Shown here piece by piece: positions 11,113-20,698 of a DNA stretch of 64,000 nt. The translations under genes and the position numbers were made by a program. Origin of the DNA: Rebecca billardiae RCC1528 (lineage: Eukaryota > Protista > Haptophyta). Position 1 is the stretch's first letter. Each line of letters starts with the position of its first letter. Location of the stretch: positions 62,001 to 126,000 of the forward strand of contig OZ251228.1 in NCBI GenBank assembly GCA_965240325.2, read 5' to 3'. Below the pieces are notes generated by a model. It saw nothing but the letters and a program-made list of their open reading frames with translations, was not told the DNA's origin and did not search any database.

Positions 11113-12840
11113 GAGGCGGTGGGCGCGCGACGAGATCCCCTGTCGGTGCCCGCCGCGTTCCGCGGCGCGCCGCTCGCTATGACTCGCCCGCCCATCACCT
11201 CCGCCGAGATGGTCGCGCGCACCGGCCTGCGCGCTGACCTCGCACACAGTCTCGTGCCCAACGCCATGCAGCGCAACTACGTGGCGCTGGCGTCCTTCAT
11301 CCATGCCTTCACCGGCGTTGACCTGTCCGTGGAGCTGCGTGACGGCGTCGATCTGCTCTACCGCGGCGCGCGCGTGTCGCGGTTCCGTCCCAACCACCGT
11401 TCCTCGCTGGCGCAGCCCGAGTTTGTGCGCGCGCGGCTCGCCGAGTATGTGTCATCGGGCGTGCTGGCGGGGCCGGCGCGCGGCGGCCGGCCCCTGCCGC
11501 GGCCAGTGGCGGTGTCGCCGCTCGGTTGCGTACCGAAGGACGAGGACGACTTCCGCCTCATCGTGGACATGACGGCCTCGGGCGTGAACGCCGACATCCG
11601 CGCGCCGCGGTTCACCTTTGAGTCGCTGGACGAGCTCCTGGCCGATCTGACCCCCGGCACCTGGATCTTCAAGGTGGACATCGACGCGGCATACACGCGC
11701 GTCGCCGTGCGCCCGGAGGATCTGTGGCTGCTCTGCATTTGGTGGGAGGGCGCCTACTACGTGTACACCTCGCTCCCCTTCGGCGCCGCGTCCGCGCCGT
11801 TCCTGTTTTGCCGGCTCTCAGATCTGCTGCGGCACGCGTTCGTGGCGCGCTGGTCGGGGGAGCTGCGCTTCAAGCTCAAGAATTTTGTCGATGACGGTTT
11901 CGGGTGGAGCTCGCACCGGGGGGACCTCGATCGGGCATTCCAGCTCTACTGCTCGACGCTGCGCGCCGCGGGTCTGCCGCCGTCGGCCAAGCCGACCAAG
12001 ATCGTGCCCGCATGCCAGCACATCGAGCTGCTTGGCGTCGTCATTGACGCGGTCCAGGGCTCGGTGTCTCTACCCGAGCGGAAGCGCGCCAAGTGGTTCC
12101 CGGCGCTGCTCACGCTGCTCGGCAGCCGCGTGACGCGCCCGGAGCTCAGCTCGCTCATCGGCAAGCTCGGCTGGATCGCTCGGATACAGCCCGCGGTTCG
12201 CCCGTTCATCCGCCCCTTCCTCGACCTCCTCTATGCGCGGCACGATGCGTTCGCTGCGTCCGGCACCCTCGTGGCGCCCCTGGGGGTGCTGCTGCCGCGC
12301 GAGTGCGCTTTCTTCGCGCGGCTGCTCGAGCGGGGCTCGTGTCGGCGGCAGCTGTACGTGCGACCCTCGGAGCGGCTGGCGGTGGCCACGGACGCCGCCC
12401 TCTCCACGGGGCGCGGTGGGGCGGCGTCGTCGGCGGGCCATGTCGCCGCGTGGGACCTGCGCGCCTTCGTGCCGGCCGGCGAGGCGTGGGACATCAACGA
12501 GCTCGAGTGCTTGTGCGTCCTGCTCGCCGGCTTGCGCTGGCTCGCCGGCCGCTCCGCTGTGCACCTCCTCTTACTGTGTGATAACTCTGCATCCGTGGCG
12601 TGGCTGTCGCGCATGTCTGTGCCCCACCGACCGGTGCTCAACTGCCTGCTGCAAGACCTCGCCCTGCTCGCGGCGGAGACATCCAGCACGCTGCTCTGCA
12701 AGCATGTGCCTGGGGCGCGCAATCGGGTGGCGGACGCAATCAGCCGCGGCCGCGCGGTGCTTCCCGAGTACTGGCCCGAGCTCCGGGATGAGGCCGCCGC
12801 GTCCTTCGCGGCGGCCGGCGATCAGCACGGCCTGCCCTGA
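11113..12840 (+). CDS. Reverse transcriptase-RNase H (DIRS type), in frame with gag after a single TAG
   Basis: RT motifs SPLGCVPK..FRLIVDM, FKVDIDAAY, LPFGAASAPFLF, NFVDD. RNase H motifs ATDAA, INELE, LCDNSA, HVPGARNRVADAISR. Confidence 0.95.
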   Translation, partial: EAVGARRDPLSVPAAFRGAPLAMTRPPITSAEMVARTGLRADLAHSLVPNAMQRNYVALASFIHAFTGVDLSVELRDGVDLLYRGARVSRFRPNHRSSLAQPEFVRARLAEYVSSGVLAGPARGGRPLPRPVAVSPLGCVPKDEDDFRLIVDMTASGVNADIRAPRFTFESLDELLADLTPGTWIFKVDIDAAYTRVAVRPEDLWLLCIWWEGAYYVYTSLPFGAASAPFLFCRLSDLLRHAFVARWSGELRFKLKNFVDDGFGWSSHRGDLDRAFQLYCSTLRAAGLPPSAKPTKIVPACQHIELLGVVIDAVQGSVSLPERKRAKWFPALLTLLGSRVTRPELSSLIGKLGWIARIQPAVRPFIRPFLDLLYARHDAFAASGTLVAPLGVLLPRECAFFARLLERGSCRRQLYVRPSERLAVATDAALSTGRGGAASSAGHVAAWDLRAFVPAGEAWDINELECLCVLLAGLRWLAGRSAVHLLLLCDNSASVAWLSRMSVPHRPVLNCLLQDLALLAAETSSTLLCKHVPGARNRVADAISRGRAVLPEYWPELRDEAAASFAAAGDQHGLP

Positions 12841-12884
12841 ACGCCCGGTCGCCGCCGCTCAGCAGCCAGCGGGGCGGGTCAGCA

Positions 12885-14310
12885 GTGCTGACTCAGCCGG
12901 CCGACCTGCCCCTTGACCCTGCTAGTGCCGATCGTGCGCGCCTGCTGCGTGCCCCCGGCATGCTCGCCTGGCCCAGCCAAGAACCATCGGCGTTCGCTGC
13001 TGCTGCCTTCGACGCCGCGGCGGCGGGTGGCGGCGCCGCGCGCCACCGTCCGCGCCGCTCATCATGCGCGCGCGCCGGTCAACATGCGCCGAGCATCATG
13101 CGCGCGCGCCGATCATCACGCGCGCACGCCGATCATCATGCGCGCGCGCCGATCATCATGCGCGCGCGCCGGTCATCTTGCGCCGATCATGCGCGCGCGC
13201 CGATCGTCATGCGCCGATCATCATGCGCGCGCGCCGATCATCATGCGCCGATCATGCGCGCGCGCCGATCATCATGCGCCGATCATGCGCCGATCATGCG
13301 CCGATCATGCGCCGATCATGCGCCGATCATGCGCCCGCGCCGATCATCATGCGCCGATCATGCGCGCGCGCCGATCATCATGCGCCGATCATGCGCCGAT
13401 CATGCGCCGATCATGCGCCCGCGCCGATCATCATGCGCCGATCATGCGCGCGCGCCGATCATCATGCGCCGATCATGCGCCGATCATGCGCCGATCATGC
13501 GCCGATCATGCGCCGATCATGCGCCCGCGCCGATCATCATGCGCCGATCATGCGCCGATCATGCGCGCGCGCCGATCATCACGCGCCGATCATGCGCCGA
13601 TCATGCGCCCGCGCCGATCATCATGCGCCGATCACGCGCGCGCGCCGATCATCATGCGCCGATCATGCGCCGATCATGCGCCCGCGCCGATCATCATGCG
13701 CCGATCATCATGCGCGCGCGCCGATCATCATGCGCGCGCGCCGATCATCATGCGCGCGCGCCGATCATCATGCGCCGATCATGCGCGCGCGCCGATCATC
13801 ATGCGCCGATCGTCATGCGTGCGCGCCGATCATCCGCGGCGCGTCCGCCGTCGCTCGCGTGCCGCGCGACCGTCCTCGTTCGCGCGGCGTGCGTCGCCTA
13901 CTCCCCGCCGCTTCCACCGGCCGCCATCGCTCCCACAGCGCAGGCGGCCCGGCGGTTTGCCACAGCCGGACAGCGGGCTTCGGCGCTTCGCCCTTCGCGT
14001 CCAAGGTCCAAGGGGCGCATGGCGATTCAGGGCTACGCACGCTGGCTGGACGTCGCTTCGCGGAGCTCGGGGTGCTGCCCGCCGTCGACGGCCGACACCG
14101 GGCGGGTTGGCGCGCGTGCGAGGCTTTCGCGCGGCGTATCTGGCGTGGCTGCACGATGAGTGTCGGGCGCTGGGGCTCCCACAACGTGTGTTGGCGCCAA
14201 CTCGGTTCGACGCTCGGCCGTGGCGACGCTGGCCGTTCCTGGGGCTTCCCGCGGCCGAGATCACCGCTGCGGGGCGGTGGGCGGGGCCTGCGCCCCGCAC
14301 GTACTTCCCG
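12885..14310 (+). pseudogene. Disrupted tyrosine recombinase
   Basis: C-terminal YR motifs are split across frames: ANSVRRSAVATLA (~14196-14234, HxxR box with H>N) and LGLPAAEITAAGRWAGPAPRTY (W and catalytic Y). The upstream part is interrupted by a minisatellite. Confidence 0.7.
13058..13832. repeat. Complex minisatellite of gccgatcatgc / gccgatcatcatgc / (gc)n units
   Basis: Dozens of 11-20-bp variant units directly visible. Confidence 0.95.
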
Positions 14311-14584
14311 GGAGCTGCCCCGCCCGACGGCACGCGCTTGGCGCTGACGGCGTGCGTCGGGGCGTGGCCGGGCGCAGCGTCTCTGGGGGTCGGGGCCGGG
14401 CCTGGCCTCGACCGCGCCGGCCGACGCCGCCCATGCCGGCGTGGCGCCTGGCGCTGCGCCCCTGTGGGCGGGCGCTGTCTCGCCGCCCGGCCCCCCGTGA
14501 CGTCTGGCGGCCCCAGGCAAGCTAGGCAGCCGCCCAACGTAAACACCGGACCGCCATAAGGCGGAGCGCGACGCGCGCGGTTAT

Positions 14585-15021
14585 GGGGCGATGGCCGACG
14601 CGACGGGAGTGGCGGGTTTGGCAGTCTGCGGCGGTTATCGCGTTATGACTGCCGGCGCCGCTTCGCCGCCGCCCGATACCCTCCTCCAGCGCCCCTCCGA
14701 CCGCACCCCCGCCCGGACGGGCTCGGAGCTCGGAGCTCGCAGCGCGCCCCCGGACAGCGTTCCGAGCGTGTGGCAGCTCGCTTTTGGCGCGGACCGCAGA
14801 AAAGTGAGCGCGCGCCGGGAGTTGACGGGCAGTGACCGGCTTTGGCGAACAGGAGCGAGTTTCGCCCAGCAGCCGTCCGCTTTCCCGCCCGACCGCACGG
14901 CGCACCTCGCCCTGCCCGACCGCCGACCGGACCGCCGCCCGACTACCAAACCCAGCCGACGGGCCACGCTTGGCGCCGAGCAGCCGCACGGACAACCAGC
15001 TGCGCTCCTCCGCCTCCCGCC
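14585..15021 (+). repeat. Retroelement terminal direct repeat A2
   Basis: Copy of 8670-9106. Confidence 0.95.
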
Positions 15022-15082
15022 CGCCCTCCCTCGGCTAACAGAGCCTGGGCCCTGTTGTCGAGCCCACCCCCCCCCTCGCCGA

Positions 15083-15123
15083 TCGGCCAACTCAACAGAA
15101 CATCCTTCTGTTGAGTTGGCCGA
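15083..15123. other. Perfect 18-bp-stem hairpin upstream of BET gene
   Basis: tcggccaactcaacagaa-catcc-ttctgttgagttggccga. Confidence 0.8.
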
Positions 15124-15185
15124 AAAGCGCCAAACCGGGTTGGACTGGGCGCACTCCGACACAACCACGCCCCGCCTACGCAGGG

Positions 15186-16223
15186 ATGGCGGCGCAGCGC
15201 GCGCGGCTGCTGCACGGCGCGGTGCCGGTGGACGCCGCGGTGCGCGAGCGGTGCCTCGAGCTGCTCCGCCTCGTGCGCGACGACCCCTCCTCCCACGCCA
15301 TCCGCCAGCCCGTCTCGCGCAAGAAGGTGCCCGCGTACTACGAGGTGATCAGCCAGCCGATGGACCTGAAGACGCTCGAGGCGCAGACGCTCGAGGGGCG
15401 GTTCGGCACGCTCGAGGACTTCGCGAACGCGCTGCGGCTGATCTGGCGCAACGCATTCATGTTCAACGAGGCGGGCGACCGGCACGGCCGCCAGGTCTTC
15501 GAGAACGCCAAGGCGCTCGCCATCGAGTCGGAGCAGCACCTCGAGGCTCTCTTCGCCGAGATCGAATCTCGGCCGGAGGTCGGGTCCGCGCCGGAGCGCG
15601 TGCCGGTGATGCAGCGGCTGCAGCTCGAGCTCGCGCGCATGCGCGCCAACCCGCTCGCCCTCTGGTTCCGCGACCCCGTCTCCGCCGAGCTCCACCCCGA
15701 GTACTACGAGGCGATCGCGGAGCCGATGGACCTGCGCACCGCGCTCTCGAGCATCGACCTGGGGCACTGGAGCAAGCCGGCGCAGGTGGAGGCGGGGGTG
15801 CACCTGATCTGGACGAACGCGCGCGCGTACAACGGCGAGGGCTCCGCGATCGACGCCGCCGCGCTCTGCTGCTGCCACACGTGGAACGCGCGGTACACGC
15901 GCGCGCTCGAGGTGGCGCCGCGGCAGCGCAAGCTGCGCCGGCTCGCGCCGGCCGCGCCGCTCGACCACTCGCGCCTCGCGCTGCTCGACCTCTGCCGCCG
16001 GCTGCCCGCGCGCGTGCTGCGGCAGGCCGCGGCGGCGCTCGGCAGCGCGTGCGCCGAGCCCGCCGAGGACGGCAGCGGCGCGATCTCGATCGACCTCTCG
16101 CGCGCGGACGAGCCCTCCGTGCTCGCTGCGCTGCGCGTGGGCGTCGAGTACATCGAGCAGCAGCAGCGCGCGGAGGCGGGGGAGCAGCCGCAGCAGCAGC
16201 AGCAGCAGCAGCAGCCGTCGTAG
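15186..16223 (+). CDS. BET-family protein (two bromodomains plus ET domain), 345 aa, single exon
   Basis: BD1 VPAYYEVISQPMDL...IWRNAFMFN; BD2 HPEYYEAIAEPMDL...IWTNARAYN; ET-like LLDLCRRLPARVL...ISIDLSRADEPSVLAAL. Confidence 0.9.
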   Translation: MAAQRARLLHGAVPVDAAVRERCLELLRLVRDDPSSHAIRQPVSRKKVPAYYEVISQPMDLKTLEAQTLEGRFGTLEDFANALRLIWRNAFMFNEAGDRHGRQVFENAKALAIESEQHLEALFAEIESRPEVGSAPERVPVMQRLQLELARMRANPLALWFRDPVSAELHPEYYEAIAEPMDLRTALSSIDLGHWSKPAQVEAGVHLIWTNARAYNGEGSAIDAAALCCCHTWNARYTRALEVAPRQRKLRRLAPAAPLDHSRLALLDLCRRLPARVLRQAAAALGSACAEPAEDGSGAISIDLSRADEPSVLAALRVGVEYIEQQQRAEAGEQPQQQQQQQQPS

Positions 16224-16751
16224 CAGGGGCGCGCCGCCGTAGCGCAGATGCGCGAGTGCATATCAGCCGTCGTAGTATATACGGCTGCTAGCGTCATTGT
16301 CGGCGCCCCCGGCCTGCGTCCGCGTCCGCGCCCGAGTTCGCGGTACCGGGTCGTCAACGGTTCACACAGTCACAGTGACAGTTGACCGGCAGCCGGCAGC
16401 CGCGCCAAGCCCGGGCCCACGGGCACGGGCCCACCGACGGGCACCGTGCACTAGCAGCACTACTATATATACTAATTTAGCAGACGCGGCCGGTGCGGGC
16501 TGCTCGTCCGCGCATCAGGATGATCGGACGACTCAGGCTCAGCAGTAGACTACGGAAAACCCGGGGCGGTCTTACCGCAGCAGGCACTACCCGGCGACAT
16601 ACATATGCCAGTGCCTGCATCAGCGCGCGATCGGTGCGCGACGCGACTGTGAGCGCCGATGAGCAGCCGCCGCCGCAGCGCAGGTCGCTGATATGCGGTT
16701 AGTGGCGCGGAATACGGGAGGCGGCGACGTCCTCGTCCGGCCGGCCGCCTG

Positions 16752-19315
16752 CTACGCCATCGGGAGCGCAGCGGACTGACGATTGCTCTTGGCACCGCCC
16801 AGCGTCGCGGCGGTGGCGATCGGGCCGATGGGCCGCGCGACGGGCCGCGCAGGCGGCTGCCGGTGCAAGATCGGGTGAACGGGGGCCACGGGGCCGCGCT
16901 GGAAGCGCGCGCGGCCGCCGCGGCCTCCGCCGCCCTTGCCCGCGCCGCCGCCGCCACGCCGCGCGCCGCCGAGCTCGGCCTCGTCGGACGCCGACTCGTC
17001 CGTGGCGGAGTCGTCGCTGTCCCGCGTCGAGCTCGGTCCGGAGCGGCCGGGGCGGGAGAGGCGCCGGGCGCGCGCCCTGGAGACGAGGGCTGCCGCGCCG
17101 CACAGGGCTGCCGCGCAGCACAGGGCGAGGCTGACGGCCGCGCCCAGCGCCATCGCGCGCGCGGCGCCGCGCGTGTGGTGCAAGGCCGGCGGCGGCGAGT
17201 CCGCTCCGGGCGGCCGCAGCGGCGGCGGTGGCGGCTGCGGCGGCCGTGGCGGCGGCGGCGGCGGCGGCGGCGGCGCGGGCGGCGTCGGCGGTGGCGGCGG
17301 CGCCGAGGGCGGGCAGTATGGCAGCAGCTCCCGCCGCCCCCTCGTGCCATACGCAAACGGCCCGCCGCAGATTGCAGTGCCGCCCGCCTCCCTGCCGCGG
17401 CGCGCGCGCACGCGGGGGGAGGGGGTGCGCAGCAGCGCGCGCAAGGCCGGGGCGCGGCGGCGGCGCGGCAGTGGGCACGCTGCCGGCTGAGGAGGCGTGC
17501 CGCGCGCCGCGCGCCGCGTGCGCCGAGCAGCTCTGCAGCAGCTCCGGGCTGGGCGCGTGCCGGGCGCAGCCGCAGCAGAGGCGCACGCGCGGCCGGTGCG
17601 CGCGCACAGCAGAGAGAGACCGCTCAGTGCGCCCAGCTCGGACGGCACCGTGCCGCTCAGCGCGTTCGAGTCGAGGAAGCTGGGCGCAGGCAGAGGCGCA
17701 CGCGCGCGCGCGCCGGCGTGCGCGCGGGGTCAGTGCCGCCTCACGCGCGGCCACACACGGCCGCCGCGCAGCACGCGCGGCGCCGCGCGCGCAATGGCGC
17801 GCGCGCGCACAGCTCGCCCAGCCGGCTCATGCCGCCCAGCTCGGTCGGCAGCGTGCCGCTCAGCCGGTTGTCCTGCAGCGAGCTGCATCGCAGCAGCGGC
17901 GCAGCAGCGGCGCAGCACGGGGCGCAGCACGGGGCCGGCGCGCGGGCACGCGCGGGCACGCGCTCACGCCACGCGCGCCACGCGGCACGCACAGCGTGCC
18001 GCGGCCTCGCGAGCCGCGCACACACAGCGCGCGCGCGCGCCCGCGCGCGCGCTCGCTCGGCCCGCGATGTGCGCGCGCGCCGCGCGTGCTGTGTGCGCCG
18101 CGCGCGCGCTGTGTGCGCCGCGCGCGCTGTGTGCGCCGCGCACACAGTCCGTGCAGCGCCGAGAGCGCGCCCAGCTGCGTGGGCAGCGCGCCGCTGAGAA
18201 GGTTCTCCCACAGCTCGCTGCGCGCGCACCGCGGAGGAGGGCGGCGCACGGGCGTGGTGGGGTCCGGCGCGGCGCGCGGGCCGAGCCTGCCCTCCCCTCC
18301 GCGCCAACCTGGCAGGCGCGGCGCCATCCAATCAGCGTGCGTGGCGCGGCTGTGGCGCGCCCGCGCGCGCGTGCGCCCCGGCGCGCACAGGCGCTCCAGC
18401 GCGGAGAGTGCGCCCAGCTCGGTGGGCAGCGCGCCGCTGAGCGCGTTGTAGAAGAGCTCGCTGCGCACGCCGGCGGCGCACGCGCGGCGCAGCGGCTCAG
18501 CGCGCGCCCGCAGCGCGCCACCGCGGCGCCGCGGCCGCGAGCGCGCGCGCGCGCGCTCGCGGCCGGCCCGTGCGCGCGCGCGCGCTCGGCCGCGCTCACA
18601 GGTAGCGCAGACGGCTGAGCCGCCCCAGCTCGGTGGGGATGCGCTGGCTCAGCGAGTTCACGTCCAGGTGCCTGCGCCGTGCGCACGCGCGCGGGGGGCG
18701 GGGGTCACGCGGGGACGAGGGCGGACGGGTGCCGTGGCGCCGCCATGCGGCCGAGGCGGCTGGCGCGCGCGGCCGGGCGACCAGCAGGCGGCTGCGCGGT
18801 GCGCAACGCACAGGTACGTCAGCGAGGCGAGCTCGCCGACCTCCGTCGGGATCGTGCCCGTCAGCTCGTTGTCGTGCAGCGAGCTGCGCCCAGGCCGCGC
18901 GCGCGATGCGCGAGCGAACGCGCAGCCGCACGTGTGCACCGCACGTGTGCACCGCAGGTGAGCTGCGCACGCACGCGGCCACACGCGCGCGCGCGGCCGC
19001 GCGGGCGTACAGGTAGGTGAGCCGTAATCTACCCAGCTCCGTCGGCACCGTGCCTGTGAGCTCGTCGTTCAGCCCCCTGCGCACCAGCAGCGGTCGGAGG
19101 TCCGCCGGGTGCACACGCGGCCTCGTCGGGTCAGGCGGCGCGGCGGCGCGGCGCGGGCGCGCCTCGTGCCGCGCGCACATCATCTGCTCGAGCCAGAGTG
19201 GGCAGCTCCAGCCGGGGCAGAGCTCGCCGAGCCTCGACGCGAGCGATGGCTGAGAGGCCGTCGGCTCGCCGAGCATGAGCAGCGCCGCCACCCGCAGCAC
19301 CGCGCCGCGCCGCAT
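16752..19315 (-). CDS. LRR receptor-like membrane protein (signal peptide, 7 LRRs, poly-Pro stalk, TM, short tail); 9 exons
   Basis: Exons 19179-19315, 19011-19076, 18812-18883, 18600-18671, 18389-18460, 18146-18217, 17811-17882, 17608-17679, 16752-17391, with GT-AG phase-2 introns. Plant-type LRR NxLSGxxPTELGxL; TM ALGAAVSLALCCAAALCGAAALV. Confidence 0.88.
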
Positions 19316-19399
19316 GATGGCGGCCGCCCGTCTTGGGCCGCCAGTTCGCTTTGCTTTGGTTCAAAAGTGTAATTGGTTGCCGCACTGGAGCGACTCCTA

Positions 19400-20211
19400 T
19401 AGTGGCCCTCAAGTTTAAGCGATAAAATCAAGCGGCTGCTCTATCGTCGGCGCTGAAGGTGAAGGCCGTGGTGCTGATGGCTGCGTACTTGGGGCTGATG
19501 CCCGCCCACAGTCACGTGTTCAGCCTTGCCGTGTCGTGCGCGAGGCGGCGGTAGCGTGCGCTGAAAGTAGGTGCAGCCGATCGGCGAGCTCGACGGTAGC
19601 CGCGCGGCGGCCTCCCGACCAAGCCGTGTGAGGCAGCCGCCGGCCTGCGCCTGCGAGTCCTCCGTGCGTGGAGCTAGGCTCCCACGCGTGGCCCGAGGCG
19701 TACACGGGGTGCCGTCCGAGCGCGCCAGTACACACCGAGCGCAGCAAGCTGGGCACCCTGCGCGGCAGGAGCATCCAATCGAGCGAGCGCTGCCCACGAG
19801 ATGAGCCCGTCGAGCCGCTGGCACGGCCCGGCGCGGCAGCTGCGCGAAAGTCTGTGGTGCGCCTGCACGTGGTCAAAGCACGAGCTCACACGCTGTGTGT
19901 GGACCAGGGACCCAGAGTGTACGTGCATGCGCACCACGCTCGAATTTATTGCGTGCGTGGAGCGGCGCTGTGCGTGCACGACCATGCTGGTGCATGTGAG
20001 ACCAGTCAGGTCTGTGCGCGATGGCCGGCCGCGCGAGCGCGCGCGTGCGCGACACAGCACACTTGCGGGCGAGCCGTGTGTCTGCGCAGACGCGGGTGCT
20101 CCCCGACCGTGCGCCACGAGCGAGAGAGCCGCCATGGTGCGCTCGTCACGGCGTGAGCGGGCGTGCAATCACGTAGCCAGCGAAGCGAACGCTTAAACCT
20201 GAGGGGTACTA
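19400..20211 (+). repeat. 812-bp MITE-like module, copy 1, with 22-bp imperfect TIRs
   Basis: Starts tagtggccctcaagtttaagcg and ends cgcttaaacctgaggggtacta. One substitution noticed vs copy 2 (20106 a / 26171 g). Confidence 0.93.
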
Positions 20212-20698
20212 AGTGGTAATAAAAGAGAGGTAAATGTTGCGCTGGTGCCAGGGGTGCGCTGAGGCGCGCGGGCTGCACCACGCGTACGACAATATTCGGG
20301 TCGGTATTCCACCACAGCGCGACCTCCGATCATTCGGCCCTGGTGGGCGAGGAGGAGACCATGCGCGTAGTGATTTGCGAGAGTTCGCTGATGCTTAAGC
20401 GTTGCGGCGCGCGGCGGTAGCAGTGCGCAGAGCATGGAGAGAAGGGCTGCAAACCACGCTAGTACGACCCATTAGCGCTGCCTCTTCGAGGCTGTATGCG
20501 TCGATTGCGCTCTAACGCCGGGTGCTGCGCGCGCTGTGTCGCCCAGGCGGCCGCCACCGTGCCGCACGCGGCCGTCGCCGGGGCTCTGGACGGATGATGG
20601 CTGCGATTCAAAAGTGCATACCGCGTAGATTCTTGTAACCGACCAATCAGCGAGCAGCTCACCAACCGGGAGGCCGTCCTCCCACCCCGGGAGCCACC

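Larger units (their letters stand above)
8670..15021 (+). mobile_element. Tyrosine-recombinase (DIRS/PAT/Ngaro-type) retrotransposon
   Basis: 437-bp direct repeats, gag-like ORF, DIRS-type RT-RNase H and YR remnants. No protease, DDE integrase or TSD seen. Confidence 0.88.

Noticed and set aside
12885-14559. Three overlapping long ORFs with ADHHAPIMRRSC repeats
   Set aside because: Translations of a stop-free minisatellite; only short YR motifs at the 3' end are meaningful.
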